Part shown: in pieces, positions 1 through 10,084 of the stretch
Position numbering within the stretch: position 1 is the first letter of the stretch
Layout of the letters: each line of letters begins with the position of its first letter
Source: a bacterium
Lineage (GTDB): Bacteria > UBA8248
Reading direction: 5' to 3'
DNA: 64,000 bases
NCBI GenBank assembly: GCA_965219955.1
Contig: OZ244799.1
Span: forward strand, 2,592,001-2,656,000
Notes under the pieces: generated by a model
What the model was told of the DNA's origin: nothing
Database searches by the model: none
Seen by the model: the letters and a program-made list of their open reading frames with translations, nothing else
Translations under genes and position numbers: made by a program

Positions 1-11
1 TGGAGAAAGCC

Positions 12-329
12 ATGCCCGACACCGAATCCCGGACTGCGACCACACACCCCATGGACCCCCGGCGCGGTGAGAGCCTCTCGCCGATGTTCGCGGCCTTTCT
101 CTGCTGGCTCCTCGCACTGCCGCCCGTGACGGAACCAGCCATCACGGGCGTCGCGGTCGCGGGGGACAGCGTCCTCGCGGCCACGGACGCCGATCCCTTC
201 TTCAACGCCCATCTCGGCAGCCTCGGGGAATTCGAGCGCAACCTGAGAGGCTGGGGCGAGGCCTGCGGCGCAGACGCCGCCATGATCGAGAGCCTCGTCA
301 CGAAGCTCCGAAGCGCCGGACGGACCTGA
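12..329 (+). CDS. hypothetical protein (ICE/plasmid backbone)
   Basis: 105-aa ORF with GGAG RBS, co-oriented with the downstream mobile-element genes. Confidence 0.6.
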   Translation: MPDTESRTATTHPMDPRRGESLSPMFAAFLCWLLALPPVTEPAITGVAVAGDSVLAATDADPFFNAHLGSLGEFERNLRGWGEACGADAAMIESLVTKLRSAGRT

Positions 330-448
330 CCTCCATTCACACCGCGTAGAGGCCGAGTCCGGGCCTGCCGGGGCGTTCCGGGAGGTCCCGGGGGAGCGAT
401 CCCCCGGGGACGCCCTCCCTCATTCCCACGACAACCGAGGAGAGAGCC

Positions 449-3400
449 ATGCCGCAAGCCCTGACGGCGGAGGTGCGTCCGCGCGCCCCCCGCTCCAGTA
501 CGCCCGCCGAAGCCGATGCGCTCTATGAAGCCGCCGGGACCCTGCTGCCCGTCCTGGCGGCGGGACGCCCGCTCGACGCGAACGCGCTGCGCGAAGCCAT
601 GACGAGCGCTTTCGGCGCGAATGACGCCGGGGGCGCCTGGGTCTGGAAGGACGCCTACGAGGCGGCGGAAGCCGCCGTCGTGCTCTTCCTGAAACGCTAC
701 GGGCGGGCCATGCGCCAGCGGGCGGGGGCCGGACCCGATGGTCCCGCCGCCATGCTGGCCATGCTGGAAAAACTGTCCGCGCTGGAACCCTCCCACACGA
801 AGCGCTCCGAAGACCAGGTGCGCCTGCAGCAGTTCTCGACCCCGCTCGGCCTGGCATACGCCGCGGTGCGGGCGGCGGCGCTCCGGTCAGGCGACGTCGT
901 TCTGGAGCCAAGCGCCGGGACCGGGATGCTCGCCGTGATGGCGCAGTGCGCGCTCGGGAGCGAAAACACGCTCCACCTGAACGAGATCGCGAACGTCCGG
1001 GCCGGCCTCCTCGCTCATCTCTTCCCGAATGCGGGCGTCACCCGCCACGACGCCGAGGCCGTCGCCGACCGCCTCCCCGGGGTCCGGCCGGACGTCGTCC
1101 TCATGAACCCGCCGTTCTCTGCCACGCCGGGCGTCGCCCGGGTCCGTCATGACGCGGACCTGCGCCACCTGCGCTCGGCCTTTTGCGCGCTGGTCCCTGG
1201 CGGGCGGCTGGTCGCCGTCACGTCGGCGGGCTGCGTCCCGGGCGATGTGGCCTGGAAGGCGGCCTTCTCATCCCTGGAGATACCCGCCCGCGTCGTCTTC
1301 ACGATGGCGATCGACGGGCGCGCCTACGCGAGGCGCGGCACCACCTACGACACCCGGCTCACCGTGATCGAAAAGAGCCAGAAACCCGGTGTCACCGTCG
1401 ACTCGGAAAACCGCGCCGCGGACGCAGCCGAACTGCTCGATGCGGTTACGGCGCATGTTCCGCCGCGCCTGCCTGCTTCTGCCGCCGAGACGCCCGCATC
1501 GGACGCCCCGCTCCGCGATCTTTTCGGCGAGCCGACGGCGTCCGAGACGAAAGCGCGCAAGACCAGGGTGAGGGACAACGGGCGGCCGGCGTCGGACTCC
1601 ACCCATGACCGGGGAGCGGTCGCCGAGCTCGCATACGAGGCGGCCCCGCCTTGCGGCGAGGACGAGACGGCAGGCCCCTACGCGCCCTGGCGGCCGGGCG
1701 TCGTCCACGTACCGGGCGCCGTAGCGCATCCCACGCCGCTCGTCCAGTCGGCCGCCATGGCCGCCGTCGCGCATCCAAAACCCGCGCACCGCCCGCTGCT
1801 GCCCGAACGCGTCGTCACGGAGGGTTTGCTCTCCGACGCCCAGATCGAGAGCGTCGTCCTGGCCGGCGAGGCGCACGAGCGCCACCTCTCCGCACGCTAC
1901 CGGGTCGGATCGGGCTGGGAGACGGTCCGCCGCTTCGATGAGGAAGGCGGGACCACGGCCGAGGAAGCCGTGACGGAAGACGGGGAAGTCCTCTCGGCGC
2001 CCGTGCGGTTCCGCAGGGGCTGGATGCTGGGCGACGGCACCGGGTGCGGCAAGGGCCGGCAGGTGGCCGCGGTCATCCTCGACAACATACTCCGCGGCAG
2101 GAGGCGCGCGCTCTGGCTATCGGCCTCCGCCAACCTGCTCGAAGACGCGCGCCGTGACTGGTGCGCCCTCGGGGGAAGCGCCGAGGACGTGATCCCGCTG
2201 GGGAACTTCCGCCAGGGGGCCGACATCCCGCACGAGAGCGGTATCCTGTTCGCGACTTACGCCACGCTGCGCGCGCCGGCCCGGGAGGGCAAGGCGTCGC
2301 GGCTCGAACAGGTGGTCGCCTGGCTCGCGGGCGGCTTGGACGAGGAAGACCTCCACGGCTTCGGCGGCGTGATCGTGTTCGACGAGTCCCACGCGATGGC
2401 GAACGCGGCGGGTTCCAGGGGCTCGCGCGGCGCCGTCAAGCCCTCCGCCCAGGGACGGGCGGGACTCAGGCTCCAGAACGCGCTTCCGGGCGCCCGGGTG
2501 CTCTACGTCTCGGCCACCGGAGCCACGACCGTGACCGGCCTCGCCTACGCTGGCCGCCTGGGCCTCTGGGGCGCGGGAGAGACCCCCTTCGAGAACCGCG
2601 AGGAATTCGTAACCGCGATGGAGGCGGGCGGCGTCGCCGCCATGGAAGTTGTGGCGCGCGATCTCAAGGCCCTGGGGCTGTACCAGGCGCGGGCCCTTTC
2701 GTATGAAGGGATCGAGGTCGACATACTCGAACACCCGCTGAGTCCCGAGCAGCGCCGCATCTACGACGCCTACGCCGGCGCCTTCAAGGTCATCCACGCC
2801 AATCTCCAGGACGCGCTCGAGGCCACGGGCATCATGCAGGGCGAGGAGACGCTGAACAGGAACGCGAAGTCAGCCGCGCTCTCCGCCTTCGAGGGCGCGA
2901 AGCAGCGCTTCTTCGGCCACCTTTTGACCTCGATGAAGTGTCCCTCGCTCATCCGGGCGGTGGAGACGGACCTCGACGCCGGCCGCTCGGCCGTTATCCA
3001 GTTGGTCTCCACCGGAGAGGCCCTGATGGAGCGGCGGATCGCGGAGATCCCGGCGTCTGAATGGGACGACCTGTCGATCGACCTCACGCCCCGGGAATAC
3101 GTGCTCGACTTCCTCGCCCACGCCTTCCCGGTGCAGTTGCAGGAGCCCTTCACAGACGATGAGGGGAACCTCATGAGCCGGCCCGCCGTCGACGAGGACG
3201 GGAACCCCGTACTCTCCCAGGAGGCCCTCGCCAAACGCGAGGCGCTGATCGCGAAGCTGGCGTCGCTGCCGCCCGTTCCATCCGCGCTGGACCAGATCGT
3301 GCACCGCTTCGGCCACGACGCCGTGGCCGAGGTGACGGGCCGCTCCAGGAGGGTGCTCCGTATCGAGGACGCGGGGGGTACCAGGCACGCGCTCCGTCCC

Positions 3401-4891
3401 CGGCCGGCCTCGGCCTCTCTCGCCGAGACGGCGTCCTTCATGGACGGAGACAAGCGGATCCTGGTCTTCTCGATGGCGGGCGGCACGGGGCGCAGCTACC
3501 ACGCCGACCTCTCCGCCGCCAATACGCAGCGGAGGGTCCACTACCTGCTCGAACCCGGCTGGCGGGCGGACCAGGCGATACAGGGCCTGGGACGCACCCA
3601 CCGGACGCACCAGGCTTCGGCGCCGCTTTTCCGGCCCGTGACCACCGACGTGAAGGGCGAGAAACGCTTCATCGCCACCATCGCGCGTCGGCTCGATTCC
3701 CTGGGCGCCATCACGCGCGGACAGCGCAACTCCCAGACCGCCATGGCCGGGAGCGAGGCGACGCTCTTCCGCGCGGGCGACAACCTCGAGAGCCCCTACG
3801 CCCGGGCGGCGCTGCGCCAGTTCTACGGCGCCTTGTGGCGGGGCGGTCTCCCCGGCTGGTCTCTGGAGCGCTTCGAGGAGGCGACCGGTCTCAAGCTCAC
3901 CTACGAGGGATCGCTGAAAGAAGACCTCCCGCCCATGCCGAGGTTCCTGAACCGCCTGCTCGCGCTCCCCATAGCGGAGCAGAACGCGCTGTTCGCGGAA
4001 CTCGAATCCCGCGTCGAGTCCAACATCGAGGCGGCCGTCGAGGCGGGAACGTACGAGGTCGGCGTCGAGACCCTGAGCGCGGACTCTCTCACGGCGGCCG
4101 GCAGCGAGACCCTCTACGTTCATCCCGGCACAGGTGCGGAAACAGGCCTCGTCGAGATCCTCCGCCGCGACAGGCTCGTGCCCGTGACCGCCGCCGCCGC
4201 GCTCGAGACGGCGGGTAAGTCCGGCGCGCCTGCGCTGGTCGTGAACGACCGCTCGAAACGCGCGGCCGTCGTCCTGCCCGCCCCCTCGATGCTGTTCGAC
4301 GACGGGGGCGTGCAGGAACGCGCAAGGCTTCTGAGACCCGCGGCGCGGGAGGGGGTGGTGAGAGCCGAACTCGATGCCTCGAACTGGCGCGAGGCGGATG
4401 AGGCCGAATGGCGCTCCCTCTGGGAGGAGGAGGTCGCCGCACTCCCCTCGCACCGGGAATCGCGCTTCTGGCTCGTGACGGGGCTCCTCCTGCCGGTCTG
4501 GGACCGGCTGGGTGCGGAGAACATGCGGGTGCACCGTCTCGCCACCGATGCGGGAGAGGCGATGATCGGGCGCGCATTGGACGCAACCGGCGTCCGGGCC
4601 GTGCGCGCCGCCTTCGGCCTCGACGGGGGGCCGTCTCTCGGTCCAGACGAGGCATTCGACGCCGTCATGGGACGCGGCGAGGTCCTGACCCTCGCGAACG
4701 GCTGGCGCCTCGCGCGCCGCCGCGTCATGGGAGCGCAGCGCCTGGAGATCGAAGGCCCCGACGACCGCCAGGTCACCGCCCTCAAGCGCGCGGGCTGTAC
4801 GGTCGAGATCATCTCCTGGAGAGCGCGGGTCTTCGCGCCCGACGCAGCCGCTCTCGCCCGCGTCCTCGAAGACCGGCCCCTCGCCGACTGA
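449..4891 (+). CDS. strawberry notch-like NTPase/helicase fused to an N-terminal DNA methyltransferase domain
   Basis: VLEPSAGTG and NPPF methylase motifs; GDGTGCGKGRQ Walker A; DESH; QGLGRTHR helicase motif VI; typical of ICE/plasmid backbones. Confidence 0.9.
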   Translation: MPQALTAEVRPRAPRSSTPAEADALYEAAGTLLPVLAAGRPLDANALREAMTSAFGANDAGGAWVWKDAYEAAEAAVVLFLKRYGRAMRQRAGAGPDGPAAMLAMLEKLSALEPSHTKRSEDQVRLQQFSTPLGLAYAAVRAAALRSGDVVLEPSAGTGMLAVMAQCALGSENTLHLNEIANVRAGLLAHLFPNAGVTRHDAEAVADRLPGVRPDVVLMNPPFSATPGVARVRHDADLRHLRSAFCALVPGGRLVAVTSAGCVPGDVAWKAAFSSLEIPARVVFTMAIDGRAYARRGTTYDTRLTVIEKSQKPGVTVDSENRAADAAELLDAVTAHVPPRLPASAAETPASDAPLRDLFGEPTASETKARKTRVRDNGRPASDSTHDRGAVAELAYEAAPPCGEDETAGPYAPWRPGVVHVPGAVAHPTPLVQSAAMAAVAHPKPAHRPLLPERVVTEGLLSDAQIESVVLAGEAHERHLSARYRVGSGWETVRRFDEEGGTTAEEAVTEDGEVLSAPVRFRRGWMLGDGTGCGKGRQVAAVILDNILRGRRRALWLSASANLLEDARRDWCALGGSAEDVIPLGNFRQGADIPHESGILFATYATLRAPAREGKASRLEQVVAWLAGGLDEEDLHGFGGVIVFDESHAMANAAGSRGSRGAVKPSAQGRAGLRLQNALPGARVLYVSATGATTVTGLAYAGRLGLWGAGETPFENREEFVTAMEAGGVAAMEVVARDLKALGLYQARALSYEGIEVDILEHPLSPEQRRIYDAYAGAFKVIHANLQDALEATGIMQGEETLNRNAKSAALSAFEGAKQRFFGHLLTSMKCPSLIRAVETDLDAGRSAVIQLVSTGEALMERRIAEIPASEWDDLSIDLTPREYVLDFLAHAFPVQLQEPFTDDEGNLMSRPAVDEDGNPVLSQEALAKREALIAKLASLPPVPSALDQIVHRFGHDAVAEVTGRSRRVLRIEDAGGTRHALRPRPASASLAETASFMDGDKRILVFSMAGGTGRSYHADLSAANTQRRVHYLLEPGWRADQAIQGLGRTHRTHQASAPLFRPVTTDVKGEKRFIATIARRLDSLGAITRGQRNSQTAMAGSEATLFRAGDNLESPYARAALRQFYGALWRGGLPGWSLERFEEATGLKLTYEGSLKEDLPPMPRFLNRLLALPIAEQNALFAELESRVESNIEAAVEAGTYEVGVETLSADSLTAAGSETLYVHPGTGAETGLVEILRRDRLVPVTAAAALETAGKSGAPALVVNDRSKRAAVVLPAPSMLFDDGGVQERARLLRPAAREGVVRAELDASNWREADEAEWRSLWEEEVAALPSHRESRFWLVTGLLLPVWDRLGAENMRVHRLATDAGEAMIGRALDATGVRAVRAAFGLDGGPSLGPDEAFDAVMGRGEVLTLANGWRLARRRVMGAQRLEIEGPDDRQVTALKRAGCTVEIISWRARVFAPDAAALARVLEDRPLAD

Positions 4892-5031
4892 ACCCGCACG
4901 TGCGGCCGGCCCGCATGCGTATGGCCGGCCCATCAACGGCCGGCGGGGGCTGTTCCACCAATCTATCCGTATTGTCGACCGCCCGGCGTCGTTCGCCGGG
5001 GGGTCCGCCATCAACCAAGGGAGTCCGTTCC

Positions 5032-5292
5032 ATGACCTCACAGACACTGCCGGAAGACCCCGACTTCGCCTTCTGTCCGGCCTACGGCCCGGCCGACGCG
5101 CCGCAGGAGATACGGCTCGTTATCGAAGGGATGACGGGGTGCATCTCCACCTCCCTCGTCGCCCTGAACCTGGAAGACGCGGAACGCTTTTGCGATCGGC
5201 TGAACGCCCGCCTCGGAAAAGACAGGGAGGCATGGTCCGCCCTGTCCGCGCGCTCGATGGGCCCGGCGCAGGACGACGAGACCGCAGGTTGA
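5032..5292 (+). CDS. hypothetical protein
   Basis: 86-aa ORF (MTSQTLPEDP...) preceded by AAGGGAG RBS. Confidence 0.6.
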   Translation: MTSQTLPEDPDFAFCPAYGPADAPQEIRLVIEGMTGCISTSLVALNLEDAERFCDRLNARLGKDREAWSALSARSMGPAQDDETAG

Positions 5293-5464
5293 GCCGCCCT
5301 CCTTGTGCGCAGCCGCCCTGGCGGGGGCGGGAGCGTTCGCGGTCCGCGGGCGAACGCGTGCAGCTTCTCGACAAGATGAGCAGGAACGCAACGGAGCGCA
5401 CCCCGAGACGGCGGCGACCGCCGCAGGCATGGGGGGGAGATATTCCGCTCTGCTCCTTTCACGG

Positions 5465-5493
5465 GCCGGCGTCCCGGCGTCGGCTTTTTTTTT
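5465..5493 (+). terminator. intrinsic terminator
   Basis: gccggcg/cgtcggc hairpin followed by T9. Confidence 0.55.
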
Positions 5494-5518
5494 GCTGGTT
5501 ATCCAGAGGAGGTCCATC

Positions 5519-6514
5519 ATGCCCCGAACACCATCTCCCGCGGCCGGGATCGCCGCAGCGCTCGCCTCGCGGGCAGAGGACGTCTGCCGCCAATACCTGC
5601 CCGGGGGCAAGAAGCAGGGCCGCTATTGGATAGCGGGCGACCTCAAAGGCTCGCCCGGACGCTCGCTCTTCGTCCGCCTGAAGCCTCCGGGCGCGCCGGG
5701 CAAGTGGACCGACGCGGCCACCGGCGAGCACGGCGACCTGCTCGACCTGATCCGCAGCCGTTGCGCCGCGCCGACGCTGCGCGCGGCCATGGACGAGGCA
5801 CGCGCCTTCCTCGCCCTGCCCGCTCCGCCGCCCACCGGCGAGGGCCCGCCATACGACGCCAGGGAAGCGGCGCGGCGCATCTGGCGGGGTTGCCGTCCGC
5901 TCGACGGCGGCCCGGGAGAGGCCTACCTCCGCGCCCGGGGGATCACGCGGTTCCGCTTCCCCTCCCTGCGCTTCCACCCAGCGCTCTACCATCGCGAAGC
6001 CGACCGCCGTCTGCCCGCCCTGGTCGCCGCCGTGACCGACACCGAAGGCGCGCTCCACGGGGTGCACCGCACCTGGATCGATCCCGGTGCGTCCGCCAAG
6101 GCCGGCGTCCTCCCCACTCGTAAAGCGCTCGGCCGGGTCTTCGGATACGCCGTGCGTTTCGGCGCCCCCGGCGCCGCCCTCCTGGTCGGGGAGGGCATCG
6201 AGACGGTTCTCTCGGTAGTCACCGCGGCGCCCCGTGTCCCCGCCGCGGCCGCCCTCTCCGCAGGCAGCCTCGGCGCCTTCGTCCCCCCCGAGGGGGTCTC
6301 TTGCCTCATCGTCGCACGAGACAACGACCCGGAAGGCGAGAGGGCTACGGAACGCCTGGCCGCTCGCTGCACACGAATCGGGGTCGCCACCCGCGTCATC
6401 GTCTCCGAACGCGGAGACTTCAACGACGACCTCGCTGCGCTCGGCGCCGCCGTCCTCGCCGCACGGCTCGCTCCGCTCTTCCGCCTGGCAGGAGTCGGAG
6501 AGGAGCGGGGTTGA
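5519..6514 (+). CDS. toprim-domain DNA primase-like protein (plasmid/ICE type)
   Basis: GKWTDAATGEHGDLLDLI N-terminus, GEGIET and ARDND toprim motifs; GGAGG RBS. Confidence 0.85.
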   Translation: MPRTPSPAAGIAAALASRAEDVCRQYLPGGKKQGRYWIAGDLKGSPGRSLFVRLKPPGAPGKWTDAATGEHGDLLDLIRSRCAAPTLRAAMDEARAFLALPAPPPTGEGPPYDAREAARRIWRGCRPLDGGPGEAYLRARGITRFRFPSLRFHPALYHREADRRLPALVAAVTDTEGALHGVHRTWIDPGASAKAGVLPTRKALGRVFGYAVRFGAPGAALLVGEGIETVLSVVTAAPRVPAAAALSAGSLGAFVPPEGVSCLIVARDNDPEGERATERLAARCTRIGVATRVIVSERGDFNDDLAALGAAVLAARLAPLFRLAGVGEERG

Positions 6515-6547
6515 GTGGGGCGAAGCCCTGGTGAAAGGAGGGAGAGA

Positions 6548-6775
6548 ATGGACACCATCACCTTCAAGCGAATCGCCCCGCACGAGTCCCGCATCTACGC
6601 CGGGGGCGAGTATGTCGGCGACGTCTACCGCCGCGACGATATCCTCGCCCCCGGCCATGTCTTCTACGTCGTGCACCTCGACGAGGACCCCCGAGGTCCC
6701 CGGCGCGTGCACGAACGCCGCCGCATCCGCGAGGTCGCGCAGCGCCTCGTCGATTCACACCCGTTGTGGTCGTAA
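6548..6775 (+). CDS. hypothetical protein
   Basis: 75-aa ORF with strong AGGAGG RBS. Confidence 0.6.
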   Translation: MDTITFKRIAPHESRIYAGGEYVGDVYRRDDILAPGHVFYVVHLDEDPRGPRRVHERRRIREVAQRLVDSHPLWS

Positions 6776-6991
6776 TCGGGAGTCAGTCGGCCGCGCCTGC
6801 ACGTGCAGCCGGCCTATATACGTCTGGCGGGGGGGCGGCGGAAGGATAACGCCGTCCTGCTGCACAGCCGGCCCGCCGCCGGGGGGTCGCCTCCCGGCGG
6901 CGGCTCCGCCGTTCGTCGTATACGTATCGCCGTCTCGAAGCCGTCCAGGTTTCCTCTCGCCGGGGACCGCAGGCCGGTGCCTCAAAACGGG

Positions 6992-7265
6992 CTAGCTCAC
7001 GGCGTCCCTGAGCGCCTTGCCCGCCCTGAAGACCGGCGTATTCGAAGCCGCAATGGCGACGCTCTCGCCCGTGCGCAGGTTGCGCCCGGTGCGGGCCGGA
7101 CGGCTTCTCCTTGAGAACCTGCCGAACCCGACGATGGCGACGGCCTCATCGCGCGCAAGCGCCTCGCCGATGGCCGACAGCATCGCTTCGAGCGACCTTC
7201 CCGCGGCCGCGTGGCTCAGGCACGTCTCAGAGGCCAGGTGGAGCGACGACTTCAAGCTTCCTCAT
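6992..7265 (-). pseudogene. HU/IHF family DNA-binding protein, +1 frameshift near the 5' end
   Basis: GFGRFSRRSRPARTGRNLRTGE HU signature; ATG at 7265 (MRKLEVVA) is one base out of frame with the HLASET... body. Confidence 0.8.
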
Positions 7266-7493
7266 TCGTTCCCTCCCGGTATGGGCGGTGGATTGCACGC
7301 CACTATGCACCACCGGGATGCCGCTGAGAAGCGGACGGCGGCCCCTCACGTCCCACGAAAGTTCCGACACCGGTTGCGGACCCACCCTGGCAGAGGAAGA
7401 GCGAAGCGGGGAGCCGGGCAAATGCCCGGTAGGGAGAGGGAGACGGTCTCCAACTCCCGCTGCCGGGTGCGACAACTGATAGGAGGCTTAGCC

Positions 7494-7625
7494 ATGTACG
7501 AGAACGACTTCGACGTCGATGTTCCCACCACGGACGAACTGCTCGCAGAACTCGGACTCGACGCGTACACGATCCGCAAGATTCGCGACGAGGCGGGGGG
7601 CGAGGAGGAGTTCAGGAGGGAATAG
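7494..7625 (+). CDS. small acidic hypothetical protein
   Basis: 43-aa ORF with AGGAGG RBS, upstream of ssb. Confidence 0.5.
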   Translation: MYENDFDVDVPTTDELLAELGLDAYTIRKIRDEAGGEEEFRRE

Positions 7626-7701
7626 GGCAGATTGGGGGATCGGGGAGAGAGGCTTCCCGGCCCCTTCCACTTCATCATCTACACCACGAAGGAGAATCAT
7701 C

Positions 7702-8145
7702 ATGGCATTCGGACTCAACAGAGCGGAACTGATCGGGCGTCTCGGCGCCGACGCCGACATCAACCACCTCACGAGCGGCGGTCGCGTCGCCAACCTGTCC
7801 ATCGCGACGGATGAGGGCTACGTCGACAAGCAGAGCGGCGAGCGGGTGGACAAGACCGAGTGGCACCGAGTCGTGACCTTCCAGCCCGGGCTGGTCGACA
7901 TGTTCGAAAAGCACGCGAAGAAGGGCCGCCTGGTCTACATCGCGGGCAAGCTCCAGACCCGCCGCTGGAAGAAGGACGAGGAGGACTCTGATCGGTTCTC
8001 GACCGAGATCCTCATCGCGCCGGGCGGGCGCGTGCAGTTCCTCGACAAGGTGAACGGGAACGGAAATGGCAACGGTAACGGCAACGGCGCGCACGCCGAG
8101 GCGACGGTGCCCGCAGGCGTAGCCGGGGACGACATCCCGTTCTAG
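7702..8145 (+). CDS. ssb: single-stranded DNA-binding protein
   Basis: NRAELIGRLGAD, TEWHRVV, GKLQTRRW and C-terminal DDIPF. Confidence 0.95.
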   Translation: MAFGLNRAELIGRLGADADINHLTSGGRVANLSIATDEGYVDKQSGERVDKTEWHRVVTFQPGLVDMFEKHAKKGRLVYIAGKLQTRRWKKDEEDSDRFSTEILIAPGGRVQFLDKVNGNGNGNGNGNGAHAEATVPAGVAGDDIPF

Positions 8146-8153
8146 GTTCGCAA

Positions 8154-8188
8154 GGGGTCGGCGCTTCGGCGTCGGCCCCTTTTTCTTT
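8154..8188 (+). terminator. intrinsic terminator after ssb
   Basis: ggggtcggcgc-ttcg-gcgtcggcccc stem with T-tract. Confidence 0.75.
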
Positions 8189-8284
8189 GCTCCTTATCCA
8201 GAGAAGGTCCGCTCTGTCTGCCCTCTCATCTACCGGGAACACCCGGTAAATCCTCCGGTTCCGTGAACGTGTATGGACGCGCCC

Positions 8285-8539
8285 AGGATTGCAAGCATGG
8301 TCTTGAATAGTTCGGCGCAAAGTGGTCAGGCGCATTCGTGTATCCGGCCTCTCGATTGCGGCGTTTTTTTGCCGCGGGCCCGTATGGAGATGCGAGGATC
8401 GGGTCCATATCGATGAAGCGAGCTTGAAAGCTCTCCGTTCAGCGCCTGGTTTTCCCGATCCCGTCTCGATGACCGTTTGCCCCTACGTTATCCTCCGACC
8501 TGCTCACATTCCTCCCGGCTATACTTGCTCGCCCGCCGA
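8285..8539 (-). ncRNA. putative seek/bridge RNA of the IS1111 element
   Basis: non-coding region downstream of the transposase with 6-8 nt segments matching the target flanks and donor ends. Confidence 0.6.
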
Positions 8540-9565
8540 TCAGATGACCGGCGCAGGCTCCCTGTAGACCTGTTTGTTCGTCATCAGCGCCCAGGCGATG
8601 CGCGCCATCCTGTTCGCCAGCGCCACCGCGACCAGCATACGAGGCTTGCGCGCCAGCATCCGGGCCAGCCACGAGCCCGGTGGCGCGCCGCGCTGGTCCG
8701 CCCAGCGCACCACCACCATCGCGCCCATGATCAACAGCCGCCTGATGTCGCGCTGACCCATCTTCGATATCTTGCCCAGCCGCGCCTTGCCGCCCGTGGA
8801 GTGCTGCCGGGGTACGAGTCCGAGCCAGGCGGAGAAGTCCCGCCCGCACCGGAAGCTCTCCATCGGCGGCGCGAAGGCCAGTATCGCCGACGCGCAGATC
8901 GGCCCGACCCCCGGGATGCTCATCAGACGCCTCGCCTCTTCGTCCTCGTAAGCGCCGGCCCGGATACGGCTCTCCAGGTCCCCGATCTTCCTGTTGAGGC
9001 CGGCAATTTGCCCGAGCAGAAGCCCGCCCAGTTCGTGCACCGTCTCCGGCAGCCCCGAGTCCGGGTCCGCAACGGCCGACGCCAGCCGCGCGACGTGAGC
9101 GAGACCCTTGGGAGCGATGACGCCGAACTCCGCCAGGTGCCCGCGCAAGGCGTTGCTCGTCTGCGTACGCTGGCGAACCAGCAAGTCGCGTGTGCGGAAC
9201 AGCATCCCCAGGGACTGCTGCTCTTCGGTCTTCACCGCCACGAACCGCATCGTCGGCCGGGAGGCCGCCTCGCAGATCGCTTCCGCATCCGAGGTGTCGT
9301 TCTTCTGCCGTTTGACGAAAGGCTTCACGTAGACCGGTGGCATGATCTTCACCTCATGGCCGAGTTCACCGATCTCGCGGCCCCAATAGTGCGCGCTCCC
9401 GCATGCCTCCATCGCAACCTCACACCGCGGCTGCGATTCCAGAAAACCCAATACCTTCCCCCGGGTCAGCTTCTTGCGGAACGCGACCGACCCGTCCGGG
9501 CGCGCACCGTGGAGTTGAAAACCGTGTTTCGCCAAGTCGATACCGATGATGTGGACCTGTTCCAT
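8540..9565 (-). CDS. IS110 family transposase (DEDD recombinase)
   Basis: IGIDLAK, MEACG, KNDTSDAEAI, GLVPRQHSTGGK motifs. Confidence 0.95.
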   Translation of the reverse strand: MEQVHIIGIDLAKHGFQLHGARPDGSVAFRKKLTRGKVLGFLESQPRCEVAMEACGSAHYWGREIGELGHEVKIMPPVYVKPFVKRQKNDTSDAEAICEAASRPTMRFVAVKTEEQQSLGMLFRTRDLLVRQRTQTSNALRGHLAEFGVIAPKGLAHVARLASAVADPDSGLPETVHELGGLLLGQIAGLNRKIGDLESRIRAGAYEDEEARRLMSIPGVGPICASAILAFAPPMESFRCGRDFSAWLGLVPRQHSTGGKARLGKISKMGQRDIRRLLIMGAMVVVRWADQRGAPPGSWLARMLARKPRMLVAVALANRMARIAWALMTNKQVYREPAPVI

Positions 9566-9858
9566 CTCGCTCCTCCCGCAGGGCGGTAGACGATGTCGTC
9601 TCGCCCTAGTGTGATGGCGCCGGGAGGGCGCGTCCACCCCATCGATGAACCGTGTTCCCGGAAGATCGGCATGCTCCTGCCAATCATTCCATATTCAAGA
9701 CAGTGGCTCGATCTACCCCCCGCTGCGGGAATTTCGGGCCGAAAAAACGGCCCGAAATGACCCTTTCCGCAGCATGAGAGACTGTTTCCCGATGAGCTTC
9801 GCCTTCATCGTGAAACACCAAAGGCTCTTGTGTCCCGGTGGCGGTACTACCCTCTCTC

Positions 9859-10049
9859 TCTTAGCGCTCCCATTTTAGCACGCACGGCGCGGGGTCAAGG
9901 GTGCTTTTGCAAAAAACGCAAAAGCATCTTTTTTCAGAAAAAATCGGTGAAGCGTGGATTTTTTCCGCTGCGCGCCCTCCGGGTGAAAAAAGACTGAAAA
10001 CCGCCCCTGACGCCCACACCTAGCACGTGCTGAAAATGGGACGCTAAGA
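9859..10049 (+). promoter_or_regulatory. long imperfect hairpin, candidate Frpo/ssi-like single-strand promoter
   Basis: tcttagcgctcccattttagcacg pairs with cgtgctgaaaatgggacgctaaga; -35/-10-like boxes in the stem. Confidence 0.45.
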
Positions 10050-10084
10050 AGCGCATCCGTTAACTCTCTGGAAAGGAGAAAGGC

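Larger units (their letters stand above)
8270..9644 (-). mobile_element. IS110 family (IS1111 group) insertion sequence
   Basis: subterminal IRs tggacgcgccc (8274-8284) / gggcgcgtcca (9626-9636), CG core at both junctions, downstream non-coding region. Confidence 0.85.

Noticed and set aside
2870-5047. Long antisense ORFs (725 aa here; also 9875-11440, 45834-47222 and others)
   Set aside because: Shadow ORFs of high-GC genes on the opposite strand, with no recognisable motifs.
8053-8088. Asn-Gly hexamer repeat in ssb as a phase-variation tract
   Set aside because: It is in frame, uses varied codons and lies in the normally disordered SSB linker.
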